Part shown: in pieces, positions 11,550 to 26,739 of the stretch
Layout of the letters: the number at the start of each line of letters is the position of its first letter
How positions within the stretch are numbered: position 1 is the first letter of the stretch
Assembly: GCA_000320545.1 (NCBI GenBank)
Contig: ADNK01003277.1
Coordinates: 1-64,000, forward strand
DNA from: Bigelowiella natans CCMP2755
Taxonomy: Eukaryota > Protista > Cercozoa
Direction: 5' to 3'
Length of the DNA stretch: 64,000 bases
The notes under the pieces: model-generated
Told to the model about the DNA's origin: nothing
Databases searched by the model: none
What the model saw: the letters and a program-made list of their open reading frames with translations, nothing else
Position numbers and translations under genes: made by a program

Positions 11550-12549
11550 ATGAGTTCCGACAGAGTGAATGTCGTCAACGGATGGGAGGGTGGAGTCCTT
11601 TTCAATTTTGTTGTTGTTCCTCCTCCTCCTCCTCCTTGTCCTTGTTCTCATGCTCTCTTCTATTGTAGTTCCATGAAGTAGAAAGCACACCACAAAAGTG
11701 TGATAGACAAAAACGATCCCTCATGTATGTCGCATTGTGGAAATGCTTTACTTTTTTAGTACATCAAATATCGTACTTGTTGATTCTTGTCGTATTCAAT
11801 AAATCACCTACGTTTTGAACAATTTCAACTGCCATTTCAAATTTGAACTACGAGCAGCAATGGGGTGCTGAGCGATGCTGTGCCGCCTTGTGTTTTAAGA
11901 CCCACGCACAAGGAACATTGACACGACGACACGACGATCATGCGCGTGTCGTCGATTTTCAAGATCATATTTTTTAAGGTGTAGCAATCATTGAGGAATC
12001 TCTGTTGGTCGTACTCAACAAGCTCAAACACAATTTCCATCTCCTCCTCTCGTTGCATATTCCGAAAGCAGGTGTTTCTTCTGGCTTTGTCATTGACTTC
12101 TGGTGGTGTAAGGGCTACACGAAATTATTTAAGGTTTTCTCCACTGTACCAATACCGCGGCATATTCTTTGCTCTAATTAGCTTCTTCTTGTTCTAAGAT
12201 TTGGTGATGATATCATTTGACCAATACACAGCAGGGATACGTGCATGGAACTCGATGGCAACGTCTGCATCAATCGAGAAGACGACCAAGTAGATCTAGA
12301 TTGTGTGCGAAATAAGAGACACTACAGGGATGATGACTGACAAATGTATTTGCTGAACATGGTGTCGTGTATACTTACTTACTTTAGGCAGCTAGTGGCT
12401 TGGGAAAGATGGTTGGAAACACTCATCCGCAGGGGGGGATCCTTGGCGCTTTTGATTTCGATGACGCCTTGTCGCAGGCAAGACAATTATATCTACTGAG
12501 AATATGATCAGTTTATACTACATATGATCTTCGTCCTCATGACGTTGAG

Positions 12550-12582
<33 letters not shown>

Positions 12583-12698
12583 ATAGGATGTGAGTATGAG
12601 GTACGGTGAAATCGATCCCATTCCAAGATCGTCATCGTATGGGCCAGGCATGTACGGGAAAGGGGCAAGTCTTAACTTGGAGGAAGAAAAGTAGTAGT

Positions 12699-12733
<35 letters not shown>

Positions 12734-13466
12734 CTATCCGTACATAACACGAACAGGACTTGCAAAGTTTTTGTGTAAGTGTGTGTCAAGGGTGGGAGGG
12801 GGGAAAGGGAAAGAGGTATTTTCTGGAAGCGATCTTTGTGTTGTAATCGTTTTTTTGCTAAAGCCATTACTGGTTGAAGTTGTTGATGTGCTGCTTTTAT
12901 CATAATACTAAGCGACGATGGTTCTTCTGGATTTAAAGTTCATCTGCCCACGTCACCGTCTCAAGTAAGTAATAAGTGTTGATCACGCTCTACTACCTAC
13001 TTGGTTTTTGTTAGAATTTACTCATTTTGTCTAACTGCTCATACTCATCCTCAACTACTAGCTAGAAGGAGGAGGGTATTATTACTAATATTCAGTACTA
13101 CTAATGGATGTGATTCAATAACCTCCTTTCAACACCGTGAATGTTTGCACAACTCGTACAGCTTCCATCTTTGACCGTGGCTATGTGGATATTCCTTGTA
13201 AGAACTCCACCACCAGATTCTATTAGGTAGTACCAGCCTACTGCTCTAATTAGCCCTCCTCCTCCTCCTCCTCCTCCTCCTCCTCCTCTCTTATTTGTCT
13301 TTCATTTGAATGATACCACCACCACCTAAACACGCACCAACGAGGAGTACAAATACGTTGTTCTATGTATCATCAGTCATGTGTTATCGTCGTCTTCAAG
13401 TGGCGTTCAATCTATAAGTCATGGCAATGCATATGCTAGCACTCAAGCCACGAGTACTACAAGAAG

Positions 13467-13501
<35 letters not shown>

Positions 13502-13645
13502 GTGATAACACCTTCTGCTCACTGTACGTTACTGGATCCTCTAGAAGATTAAGACTACGTTTAGGGTAATAAAAACAATGTGGAAGAAGAAGAAAAAAAG
13601 AAAGAAAGAAAGAAATCATGTTGTTTGTAGGCGGCCGAAGTTCAA

Positions 13646-13685
<40 letters not shown>

Positions 13686-13688
13686 GTT

Positions 13689-13723
<35 letters not shown>

Positions 13724-15390
13724 TGCATTCTGATTCTGGGTTACGACTATATTGGGGGACCGTCAGACAAATAAATCCATCCACTACACTATTCATCATC
13801 TAAAAGTTAATCAACAAATTGTACTATGATCATTTAACCATCAAGTTGTTGTTTTCTGAAAATAAAGCAAAACTAACGGGGAAGAGGTGACCTCAATAAC
13901 CACGCATTCAAGCATTCCTACTAGGCAATGGGTATGAGAAAATAAGGAGCAAGATGATATTTTGTTTTGCATCTCACCAATGCTTTAAACAATAGTATAT
14001 ATCTTTATTACATTGTTCTCCTCTTCTCTGGAGGGCCATTTTTTTCTTGAGCATAGTGATAATGATCGTCGTCATCGCTATCATCATAGCTGATAACCGT
14101 GAACAAAAGAATTGTTTATAGTTGCTGCCATTTGTTTGTTGCATTGGTTGTTTACTGAGGCCGCATTATTATTTTGTTTAGGTTCACATAGCATTTTCCT
14201 TGGAAGGCAAACTATTGGAACTCTACGTGAATGCTCACAAGGATATACAAGTAGGAGGAGGACTGGGATGACGATGATGATGATGACGATGATGATGACG
14301 ACGATGATAATGATGACGACGATGATGATGATGATGATGATGATGATGATAATATATTAGAGATTATTTGAGAATGCCCGTCATCCGTATTACTAGTATC
14401 TATCCCTGTTGTCTGAGCTTGTTATCCCTTTCTTACTCCTCCCTCACTTCGTTCTCTACAGCACGTGCTTGAGCATAAGATGACGATTCCTGGCAAGGAA
14501 TGGCTTTTGGTACATAAATATACATATAAACGGGACGGAAGATCTTTTAAAAACTACTTGCCACTATAATTACGTAACAGCTGATTATATTCACACAATA
14601 CTAATCATTCTCGAGAAATATGATAGAATCTTCTGAAAGACTTATGCTCAATATTAGCAAATTAATTGAATGTGGTGTATACAGGGGGGAGGAGGGCCTG
14701 ATCTATCACTGAAATCGCGGGTTTCATCAACAAAACATGGTATTTGTATTGTATAAAGAAGAAGAAGAAGCAGTCGGAGAATACGGAGAGCACACCCTGC
14801 TAATAGTCCCAAATCATGTTCAATATATGTTGTCAAGTTTACTTACCCTAAAAATAGTAGTATAAAATCACTGTTGGTATTCAAAGCATTATATAACTAT
14901 CATAATTCAATCCTATCTTTATTCTTTGTATATTTGATTCATATAATAAATATTCACTGCACTTTTATTTTTTCTTAGGAAGGAGAAGTGTGGCTGCTTA
15001 CATTGATCGATTGCGATTCTATGAGCGCACTCTAGACCGTGAAGACATTGCGGCGGTATGAAATCCAGTTTGCCGATCTAATTCTAAATATAAACGATCA
15101 TAACGATCACAACAAACAAAGATCGTGATCACGGTGATAGTGATGATGATGAGGAGGAGGAGGAGGAGGATGATGCTTTTGTTCACTAAAATTTGATGTA
15201 GATCATAGAACTAAAAACATGAGAATTAATTGTCATTGTCATCAATAAGAAGACGTTTAAATTAGCTGTAACAGCATCATAAATCAATGCGGAATAACAA
15301 CAGGAATGCAGCAGTATGGCCTTTCCGGGATTGCATCAGTTTCAAGTGTCTTTTGGGTGCAGAAACTGCCACTATAGGTAGAGGGAAGCT

Positions 15391-15431
<41 letters not shown>

Positions 15432-15698
15432 TGTGTCACATGCTAGACGACAACGTCGCACTACTACTTTGTCATAATTAGAGAAGAAGAAGAAGAAGAA
15501 GAAGAAGAAGAAGAAGAAGAAGAAGAAAAAGAAAGCGGGAAATAACTTTCCGGGACAATCTGATAGTTATTTTGATACTGAAAACAATGATAACGATGAT
15601 GATGATGATAATGATGAACCAGTTGTCTTGTTTCAATTTCTTTTTTCATCAAAGCAAGGTTTAACTTCATGCTCTCATCTCTCGCCCCCCCCCCATTC

Positions 15699-15749
<51 letters not shown>

Positions 15750-15751
15750 GC

Positions 15752-15785
<34 letters not shown>

Positions 15786-16658
15786 TAAACAGTGAGGCCC
15801 TGCAAATATGTGCTACGAAGTCTTACCCATCTTCCTCCTCCTCCCTGTCCGATCATCACGTCTGCACTTCGGTAGTAACATTGATGGTGTTCTTCCCATT
15901 ACAATGAAAGCTGAGCAGATAAATGGAAGATAGCACATAGCCATGCACAACCTTGCTTCCACAGAATGATAACATTATTAATAATAATTGTTAGTATTAT
16001 CATCATTATCATCATTGTCATCATCATCATAATAAAACACACAATTAATCACTATCATCGAAGCTTCGACTTAAAGACGTTAATTTATAAAAGAAAACGA
16101 AGAAGGCGTGTCATCATATGAAAAGGGGAATGTATAACTATCGTTTATTGATACATTACAGACGGAGTTACAGCATAGAGGCCAGCTCATTATTGCACAG
16201 TCAATGGTAGTACTAAATGCTGCTACTACATGATGCATGTATAATAATGAGAAAGAAAAGAGAAGTTGTTGCGTTGTCGGGTTGTTGATGATGGTGATGA
16301 TGAATATTCACACTTTGCATAGTCCATTTTCATCGGCCACTAATTCTATCGAAACCTGTTATATTATCTTGTTCGGCTCTAGGGCTGGGTTGACATGAGT
16401 AACGGAAATGTATGGGTATGAACATCACAACAACAAATTACTAATTAGCCTTTGGGCAATTTAAAACATGGTAAATCAGGGGTTAAAGCCTTTATTATAG
16501 ATTTATAGGAGAATATATATTTCTCTCATGATACTACTAAATGCTTTTTCGTCACAACTTTAATAATAATACATACATACATAATCCAGGGCATTGGTGG
16601 TGCAGCGCTTCCAGACCCTTCCATTACCGCCACCGCATTATGCTGTCGTCGGACTTAA
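11550..16658 (+). CDS. LamG/concanavalin A-like domain protein with Cys-rich C-terminus (many small exons; start uncertain)
   Basis: Exons LPSLTVAMWIFL, VHIAFSLEGKLLELYVNAHKD, AAYIDRLRFYERTLDREDIAA (LamG signatures), then FGCRNCHY, EALQICA...HHVCTS, TELQHRG, GWVDMSNGN, ALCCRRT*. Confidence 0.7.
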
Positions 16659-16679
16659 TGATTATGGAAACTCTAGCTG

Positions 16680-17500
16680 CGACAAAAATGATACGATTTA
16701 CTAGTGAATTTGCAACAGTGAGACTATACTGTCCAATGAAGTGCACAAGCAGGTACATTTACAATGTGGCAAAGCCACACTACTCTAGAGATATTAAAGA
16801 TGAATGTGATCCGTTTGCCTTTTATGCCATGCCATATGCCTGATAGAGATGCCTGATCGTGTTCATAGCTAGAGTCACATCATCATCCAGCTACTGCGTA
16901 ATTACATGCTCTGCTTATTCAAGCTATGTATGCCGCAAATAATGCCCCATTATTCGAGCATTATCATGTCCCAATAGCACACGTGCAACAACGTAAATAT
17001 ATGTGCAGATGCGCTTCACAAACAGCTAGAATTTTAATGAATCCTTGATGAATCATCTTGCATGCGCTCGAGATAAGGGAGCTCCGTGTCGAGCAATGAA
17101 TGAATTGTGCTTGTATATGTGCAAAAAGATGCTACAGAGCCAAAAATATCGTCGATATCCAGATTGCACATCAAGTACACGCACTTAAGCACTAGCTAGA
17201 GCAGCAACACACGAACACACGCACATCACGCGAGTTTCTCACAGCACATCATTGCGCAACGTCCAAACGCAAAAAAATCCGCGCAAAGTTTCTGTATAGT
17301 TGTTGCAGCTTATTCATCGCACTGCTCATTAGAAATATTAGTGTGTACTACTCTATTATCAGCATACATGGTGTGGCTTGTTGCTAGCTAGTGTTGTCAT
17401 CATGCATCTACGACATGACAACAATTGCAGCCGCAGCAAGAACTTCTTAAGCGAAGTCCTCTATGTCCTTACCATCACACGTGACCCCAATGACGTGTCT
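16680..17500. other. Palindrome-rich island 3 at convergent junction
   Basis: e.g. gcactagctagagc, tgcatgcgc. Confidence 0.65.
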
Positions 17501-17600
17501 ACGTACGTAGTAGGAATAATAATAATAATAATAAGAAGAAGAATAAGAACATTAGTATCTGTGTGTGATGACGTATGGGCTAAGAAAAATTTGTACCCGG

Positions 17601-17757
17601 TTACTTCGCAATGGTATAGCTGACACGTGTATTCCCTTTGTTGGTTTTTATCTTTGTAATCTTCATTGCCCCGATTTCTTCAGTGTGTGCTACATGGGTA
17701 CCTCCGCATGCACATCCAAGGACGTCCGAACCCACTTTCCTACGTAGTGGGCATGTC

Positions 17758-17793
<36 letters not shown>

Positions 17794-18037
17794 TCATCAC
17801 CAACACTAGTACTCAGTACTCAGTGCAGTGTGTGAGCGAGTGAGTGGGTTTCGTAGGAAGATATGTGCGAACAACATTAAATTTCTTACACGCGTCGAAT
17901 AGTAGAAGTGGTGCTACTGCCACCACTGCCATCTGTGTAACTCACAGCGGTCTTGATCTTACTTTCAATCAACTTATCGATTGCTAAATATTCAATGAAT
18001 TGTTAGCAACAATATCTATACATATTTACTACATATA

Positions 18038-18078
<41 letters not shown>

Positions 18079-20721
18079 TGCAGAGAAATGTTAGAATTAG
18101 ACGATGACCAAGTTGAAGTTCACTTAGAATCTTTGCTCGATCTTTTAGTTCTATTTTGCCTGCAATGCATGTAGTAGCCATTGTTAGGAGGAGGAGGAAG
18201 AAGAAGAAGAAGAGATACAGGGCCGCAAAATACTACTACAACTACTACTACTACTACTACTACTACTACGATGGTGCATTATTGTGTAAAATGCTGATTA
18301 ACCGTAGTAGGTAGGTAGGTAGATAGATTGATGGGTAGAGGTAGGTAGGTAGGTAATAATTATCCACTCTGCAATCCGTACTACTACAACAACAACTACT
18401 ACTGCTGCTGCTACTACTTAACGGAATATCATATTTAAACAACAACAACAACAACAACAATAGTGAATCATCATTCATCAAAGAAGACCAATGTATTCGA
18501 CGTAAGGTCCTTTTGGGAAATGGTAGCCTTTGGAGGGTTTGAGTGTTATTCCCACCTGATGATGATGATGATGATGATTCTTCTTCTTCTTCTTCCTCTT
18601 ACTACTACTACTGCTACTACTACTACTACAACCTGGTTCATTGCCACATCCAATAAATGACCTGCGCTATGTAATCGGGCATGATACTTCCTCATTTCCA
18701 TATTTATTTCCTTCAGTTTCAAGAACAGTAACAACAAGAAACGGTCATTTAGCTGCTACTTACTACTACTACTACACGTCATATACTTTGTGAATCTGAT
18801 GTCCAACATATGATGATACTGTGTAGATGATCAGAGAATAAATTGTCATCTCTCCTTTCTTCCTCCTCCTTCGTTTTCTTCTTTTCGTTCTTCTTATAAA
18901 TGTTGCGTGTTGTTACTACTGTTACTACTACTACTACTACTACTACTATAACTACTACTACTACTATCTGGATGATGGTGTCTACCGTATCAACCTACCT
19001 ACCTACTACCTGTTTGACAATATCCCCAACACCAAATGTATTCTTCTTCCCCTTTCCCTTCTCTTCAAATGATCCCACGTGCAGAATAACCCCGTTGGGG
19101 TCCTTATAAACCTACAGCAGCACACACACGACAACAACGACAACATGTATAACACAATACAATAATGATAGTGATAATGAGCTCAAAGGTTGATTGATGA
19201 TATATCTGATTGGTAATGTTTGTGGTGATTGAGCAGCACACTTTTTTTTTCTTTTCTTCCTCTTCTTCTCTTTTTGGTGGTGGTTGGGCGTCTTTCATAT
19301 TTGTTGCTGCTGCTGCTGCCACCGATGATGATAATGATGATGTTTTAACTTTTTTAAAACGTTTCATCTGTAATGAGTTGTTATTGAAATGGTTGTGATG
19401 ATAATTAACTACCTTATGGACTGTAAATACAGTATCACCAGACTTAATGAGACCTACGTCACTAGGCTGCCCACCTCCCTAAAGCAACCCTCATTTGTAA
19501 ATACTTGAATCATCTCTGACTATTATATTTTAATGAGTTATTGTTATATTAACCCCTTCTACCCTACCTGAGGATGAAAGATACTCTGGTCTGTGATCAC
19601 CTGCACACAGTAAATAATGTGTGATATGTGATGTCAGCGTTATCAAGAAGGAGGAGGACGAGGAGGAGGTAGGGGATTAGTGCAAGAGTAAAGAAGAAGA
19701 CACGTAATGCTATGCTTCAGTCGTAGAAGAGAAAGTAGCAAGTATGCAAAAAGGGAGGAGAAAGGCAGTGGTTCTAGCTAAATCACAGAAGAAACTTCGT
19801 ACCACACTAATCTCAATCAGAAAAGTAATAATAGTGAAAATAATATAGGCAACACAGGATGATATCTTCTGTAAAGTAGTAGTACAGGAAGTCTCTTCAA
19901 GGCATAGTACCATTACCATAGTTTCCTTTCCTCCTTTACCATCGTCTGCTGCTGTGTCGACAACGCACAAGACCTTGAAAATGGTGGTATCAGCTGCTGC
20001 CTCAAAAACCCATCATGATATCTAGAAGGGACATGTCGCAACCACTACCACCAACAACAATATAGCCGCTTGTTAACTCTACCACATAACCACATCAATC
20101 TTGTGGTAACACCTTCGCACTTTCAATGCCGAGATATGTGTCCTTTGCATTAAAATTGAAATAAATATTAACATTAACAATAGAAAACAGCTTAGTACTA
20201 ATCGCACTGTGTTTGGACCAATTAAACTCAATAAAGTTCATATGGATTCATCTTAGTGTTCATCCTCTTATTGAAGTTCATATGGATTCATCCTAGTGGT
20301 CATCACTATCATCACCACCACCCCACCTTGAAGTAAAGTGGTACAGTGGATGGTGTGCCATCTGGAGCAGAAGTTTTACTCTTACTAGTCTTTGGCGTAG
20401 ACTTGGTATTATTGGTGGTCGACGAGGAATGAACTCCTCTCCCTGATGACTTCTTTTTCTCTACGACTAGTTTCTTGGGGGAGGGGATGATGCCGGGAGC
20501 AATTCCTTCTCCTCCTTTTGAGCAGCATGAAGAGAAAATGATGATCTGCTTATCTTTCAAGCTATTTTTCTCTATAAAGTAAGTTGTTTAACCCTTCCTA
20601 ACTCTTAATGCTTTTCATTGTATTACTAAACTGTTTTAAGATGCATATTATTCTCGTCGTAACAGCAGCCAACACAACAGACAGACACAACGATGACGAC
20701 TTGAAACTTACTTTTGACCAT
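17601..20721 (-). CDS. alaX: AlaX-type alanyl-tRNA editing protein
   Basis: PLYFK|DTYL, VITDQSIFHPQ|GGGQPSDVG, RLHSAGHLLD (HxxxH), KGYHFPKGPYVEY, CACGGTHV (CxxxH), TRVSYTIAK*. Confidence 0.88.
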
Positions 20722-21544
20722 ATTGAAACTTGTCGAATCAAATGATTTTAGAAACGGCAACCAAAACAGAAGAGCAGCTTCAGATCCCCCAACACCACCT
20801 TTCAAAAGGAGTTTCGTTCTTTAGACTGGAAGGACGTACATAATAAAGATTCATTTCAAGACCTTTCTTAGACGTTGGCGCGCTATTCGCAACTACGAAT
20901 TGTCTTTTTCCATCTGTGCTGGAGGTGGTAACATTGGCTGCTAGCGACCAATGCCTGGAGTTCCCGAAAGGTAATAGCAACATCGCTACGAGCAATACAG
21001 ATTGTAGTAGCTTCTTGTTGGATTTTGAGAGAAGAGAGATAATAATGAACACTGGCGAGTAATATCAGGCAACTTTGATGCTATTGTGAGTGTAAAAGAA
21101 AGTCAGTCAGCATGCACTGATTCATAAGAGGATTCATTCTTGCCTGAGCACGTTTGTTGCGAGTATTCGTTCTGTCGATGGATAATGATAAAAGTGTTGT
21201 TTGTATTGTCAATTCAAATTGGTACTTGCAGAAGATGTCATTGGGATATATTCTTGACATTTTCTACTTAGAACTATTTGAACAAATTTATCCTTTGCGA
21301 CAAGGTGAGCAAGTGGAGGCATCACAAATTCCCAGTGTGCTAGATCTACCAAAAATCACAATTTGAGGAAGCTCCAAGCGAATCCAATTAGATCTAGTTC
21401 GAAGTAAAATTATGCGTAATCCACACGGAAATTGGACACATTTGTGCGCTAATAACATCATCCGAATAAATAAATAAACGAACGCTATTTTACTTGGGAT
21501 CTGTGACTTTTGTCATGACTCAAAAGAAAAGAGGTCGCAATACC

Positions 21545-21720
21545 AGAAAGAGACACAACAAGAAGAGAGATAGAGAGAGAAAGAGAACCAGAGAGAGAGA
21601 AAGAAAGAGAGATTAACAGGATGTACTAAGACATGCAAGTAGATAAATAGAGAGAGAGAGAGAAAGAAAGAGAGAGAAAGAGAGACAGAGAGAAAGAGAG
21701 AAAGAGAGACAGAGAGAGAG
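21545..21720. repeat. GA-rich polypurine tract upstream of DDX6
   Basis: Imperfect (GA)n/(GAAA)n runs. Confidence 0.8.
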
Positions 21721-21970
21721 ATAACTCCTTACCCGCATTTTTGACCATCATCACGGAGTGATCCTCGTCCTCCTCCAACCCTTTGCATCGCTACACACCC
21801 AGGTTTACTTACACTTAGCCTCAGCGAATAGCAGTGTTCATACTTGAGAACACATCAAATTGGTGGTGGTCAACCGAATTTAAACCAGAAGCGCCAGGTA
21901 ACAGAATTGCAGCAGTCTAGTTATTTAAAGGAAGAAGGCAGTCGCAAACAAACGAAAACCGAAGTTGAAA

Positions 21971-22653
21971 ATGAGCAACAATATCACTCGAGGTTTTGCT
22001 AGTCTGAAAGTATCTTCAGGACAAAGCAAACAGCAACAGCAGGGAACTTCACAACATCGAGGCCCTCAATATGTACAGCGTAGCAATAACAAAAACGCAT
22101 GGGTAGGTAGACAGACACAACACTCGCAAAAGCAGAAGCAACCCACATCAGGTCCGTCTTCTTCTTCGTCCTCTTCGTCTTCTTCAACCAAGCAAGGATC
22201 AAATCCCACGAATTATCATCATCGTCAACATTATCCTTCCCACGCCACCCCCCCTCAACACAACCATGGGTATTATCAACAGCAGCCCCCACCACGAATG
22301 CCATACTACTATGGTCGTCCAGTACCTCCTCCTTCTGGCTACCCCTCTTCAGGATATAACAATGCTCCTCCCAGCTACGCAAATTATTACCAAAATGCTC
22401 CGCCGCCGCCAGTAGCACAGTCTCCTTCCCAGCAGCAGCAGCAGCAACAACAGAAGCCAGGATCAAGAAGACCACCATCATCATCATATCCCCAACCACC
22501 TCCTCCTTATGGGGCGGGAGGAGGCCATCATCAAATGCCGCCATACTACCCCCATTCTCCAAGTCCATACGGTGGGTACAATAATATGTACCACCACCAG
22601 CAGCAACCAGGGCACCATTATCCTCCTTATCATCATCCATACCCACCACCACC

Positions 22654-22684
<31 letters not shown>

Positions 22685-24266
22685 CAAGATGGGAAAAAAG
22701 CAGGAGGGGGGGGACCTCCAGGAATGAATCCAACTGCCATAAAGCAAGGCGCTAACATTGCAAACACGAAGAAGCAGGGAGCAGCAGGACCAACTTCTCC
22801 AAAAACTGCAGCAGCAGTGAAAGGAGCAGCAAAGAAGGAACGAAAAGCTAATGAAGAGGGGGGGGAAGATGCAGCCGATCAAAGTGGTAAAGCTGCAAAA
22901 AACGTTCATACGTCACAATCGAAGAAGGTTAATGGCAGAAAGGGGGATTCTTCTTCTTCTTCCTCGCCTCCTTCCTCTTCATCTGGTAACAATAATTCCG
23001 ATTGGAAATCAAGTCTGAGCTTGCCCAAGAAAGACGGCAGGATTAAGACCGAGGTAGTAGTAGTAATATGAGGATGAGGAGGATTATGCAACACATCATC
23101 ATCATCAAAGTAGTAGCGTGGATGTCAATATGTATGAATTAGCTCAGGAGGAGGGGGGAGAAGGAGGATTGGAGATAGTGTCAATAATATACTACTTCTG
23201 GTAGTTGTAGAAGTAGTAGTAGCAGTACTGTGTTTGTGTATGGTTATTATTATCGGTTGTTGTTATTAGTTAGTCACTAGCACCATCTGTGATCATCATC
23301 ATTCCTAATAATATCCATCATCCTCTAGGACGTCATGAATCGAAATGGAATTGAATTTGCGGACTTTGAGTTAAAGCGCGATCTTTTGAAAGGCATCTTC
23401 GAGATGGGTTTCGAAAAGCCTTCTCCAATTCAAGAAGAATCCATTCCATATGCTCTTATGGGGCGACATATTCTTGCACGAGCGAAGAATGGGACAGGGA
23501 AGACCGGCTCCTTTGTAATTCCTACCATCGAAAAAATCGATGCAACTAATGAAAACGTCCAAGGTGTGCTTCCAACTGATATTAATTAAGAATTTCCTTC
23601 AAATAGAGCGGGTGGGGGGGGAGGGGTCTCGACTTTATTATTTTCTGCTATCATCGCTATTTTTTGCCATAATATCTGATTTTACATACATATGTTCCTT
23701 CTTTTTGTACATCAGCCCTGATCCTGGTGCCAACAAGAGAACTCGCATTACAGACCTCTGATGTGGTGAAGAAGATGTCAAAGCATCTTCCAATCAACAC
23801 AATCGTTACTACAGGAGGTACTGTGTTAAAGGACGATATCATTCGTCTCAAGAGAATAGTCCACATCATTGTTGCGACTCCTGGACGTATTCTCGATCTC
23901 TGTGAACGAAATATTGCAGATCTTTCTCAATGCAAAATGTTTGTGATGGATGAGGTATAATTATCATCTTTCTTCCATACATAGTTTATTCTTACACACT
24001 ATTTTTTCCTAATATTCTCATCGTTAATTTATTTACACTACTCACTCAACATCATTACAATCCCAATTAGTCTTTGATTACTTCGATATTTCATCGTCAT
24101 CTTTTTTCCTAATATTCTCATCGTTAATTTATTTACACTACTCACTCAACATCATTACAATCCCAATTAGTCTTTGATTACTTCGATATTTCATCGTCAT
24201 CATCCCATGTGTCATAAATACACTTAATTACGATGATCCAAATTGATGAATACATGACTGATCTCG

Positions 24267-24300
<34 letters not shown>

Positions 24301-25524
24301 AGGCGGATAAGCTGTTGTCCCGAGAGTTTCAAATTAAATTGAACCAGCTTTTAGAGTTTACACATAAAAAGCGCCAAATACTCTGTTTCTCAGCAACATT
24401 CCCTATGGCTATCAAATCTTTCCTTGACAGATGGATGAGTGATGCGCATCAAATTAATCTCATGGAAGAGCTCACATTAAAAGGAGTCACGCAATACTAT
24501 GCTTTCTTGAAGGAAGGCCAAAAGATTTCTTGTCTAAAAACACTCTTTAAGAAACTTAATATAAACCAATGCATCATCTTCTGCAATAAAGTTAAACGTG
24601 TAGAGTTGCTTGCAAAATGGATAACGAAGATGGGCTTTTCGTGCTTTTACATTCATTCCAAAATGAGACAGGTACAAGCGATTATCATCATCATTAAATC
24701 ATACAATACTTAGTAAATTGCTTTTGTTGTATATTATTATTATCGCAGGAGCACAGAAATCGTGTGTTTCACGATTTTCGTAACGGACAATGCAGAAATT
24801 TAGTGACGTCAGATTTATGCACAAGAGGTAGTAGTGGTATAGTAGTTGCAGTAGTAGTAGTAGTAGTAGTAGTAGTAGTTGTTGTGGTTTGGTGAAGGAG
24901 AATGAGGAAATATTAGGGTAGGATGATCTATCTATTTGGGGTTTTGATTAAGAATCAGAAGAAGAAATACAGAGAATATATGTATGCAAATATACATTTA
25001 GGTATATAGAATGAGAGGACGTATATAAATATTATAGTGAGAAATAACCAAAACTTTAGGATGAATTCTTCATTATGGTGTTCTCCTTCCAGCTGCTTGC
25101 GACTACTTGTTGTTTTTTCCATAATAAACATAATCTGAAACACCCTTCTCCTCCTCCTCCTCTTCATTTTGCAGGTATCGACGTTCAATCGGTGAATGTG
25201 GTCATCAACTTTGATTTTCCTTCGGTCAGTAAGTAGTTGTAGTAGTAGAAGTAGATGATTCTAGTGAGACGACGCCATACATCATTACACATTATTATTA
25301 TAATATCACATCAAAAGCAGCATCCAATGCAAGCCCAAACACAAAATGGTTGTCCATCTACTTACTAATTACTAATACACCTACTCCTTGATGGTGATCA
25401 TGCACACAGGGATCAGAAACTTATCTCCATAGAATAGGACGCTCAGGGCGTTTTGGCCATTTGGGATTAGCGATCAACTTCATCACGATGCAAGATCGTA
25501 CCAACATGTATAAGATTGAGCAGG

Positions 25525-25563
<39 letters not shown>

Positions 25564-25755
25564 AGATTGTACCGACATCTAATTCTAGATTGAGCAGCTG
25601 GTGGTACTGGCAGTAGCATTTAGTACATCCAAGGACGAAATTGTAGTTGCTGAGAATTGATTGATTGTTTACTGCTTCTTTTATGATAAAAGGAACTCGG
25701 TACGGAAATAAAGCAGATCGAGAATGATATTGATGAAAAGCTGTATTGTGTTTAA
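21971..25755 (+). CDS. DDX6: DEAD-box RNA helicase DDX6/Dhh1 with long Q/P/Y/H/G-rich N-terminus
   Basis: [43 protein letters not shown]|[65 protein letters not shown]. Confidence 0.97.
24002..24201. repeat. Near-perfect tandem duplication of about 100 bp in a DDX6 intron
   Basis: ttttttcctaatattctcatcg...ttcatcgtcatc occurs twice back to back. Confidence 0.9.
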
Positions 25756-25870
25756 AATGAGAAGAAATCATATTTTTCTGCTTTCACTCACAACGGCAAA
25801 CAGCATCGTTAGCCATATGTAGATGGTACCTAGACATACACATATGCATAATTTATATATATATCAATTC

Positions 25871-25906
<36 letters not shown>

Positions 25907-26006
25907 GCGAGAGTTAATAGCATATACTTGATAATACCGAATTATTGTCTTCTTTCCTCCTCTACTACCTATGTTACTGGTGGTCACGTAGCAGAGGTAT
26001 CTTATA

Positions 26007-26046
<40 letters not shown>

Positions 26047-26225
26047 AATCTATTAAGCCATGAGTAGTAGCAGTAGTAGTAGTAGTAGTAGTAGTAGTAG
26101 TTGTTGTTGTTGTAGTGGTTGCAGCATTCGTTGACATCTTTTTTTTATCTTGAATAATGCTATAGCGCATACGCACATCAATATTTTTGTTTTTTGTGGT
26201 ATATTTATTCATCATACGGAAAATA

Positions 26226-26257
<32 letters not shown>

Positions 26258-26651
26258 CGTGTCTCCTAAAAGTCTGGAAACCAGTGATTACCGTCGTAAT
26301 AAGATGATGATTTCATCGATCGACACCTCATACGTTCAACGACAACAGCAGTTTTATCAAATGTTAGTGGTACAGAATAATGAGTAGTCGGCCATCTATC
26401 TTGCTGTGACAGCATCACTCAGACAACTACTAAAGCATACTAATATATAATTCCTTATTCTAAGTCTGTTGACTATGAATTTGTTGTATCACCAACATAT
26501 GTACCACATACATGTGTCTATGTGTCTACATAGTTCAGTGTAGTATAGATTCCAATTTTGCACTCCTAGATTTAGATCTCGTTTAATTCTCCCTCCTATA
26601 TTATGTTGCATGCATGCCAGACGATCATACCAACTTATTTTATCATATACT

Positions 26652-26691
<40 letters not shown>

Positions 26692-26739
26692 CGGATGTGA
26701 TGAAGAATCAAATTTATATATATATATATAGAAAGATAT

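Noticed and set aside
11840-11980. PIP5K-like phrase (VVDFQDHIFK)
   Set aside because: No further kinase motifs; downstream exons are LamG.
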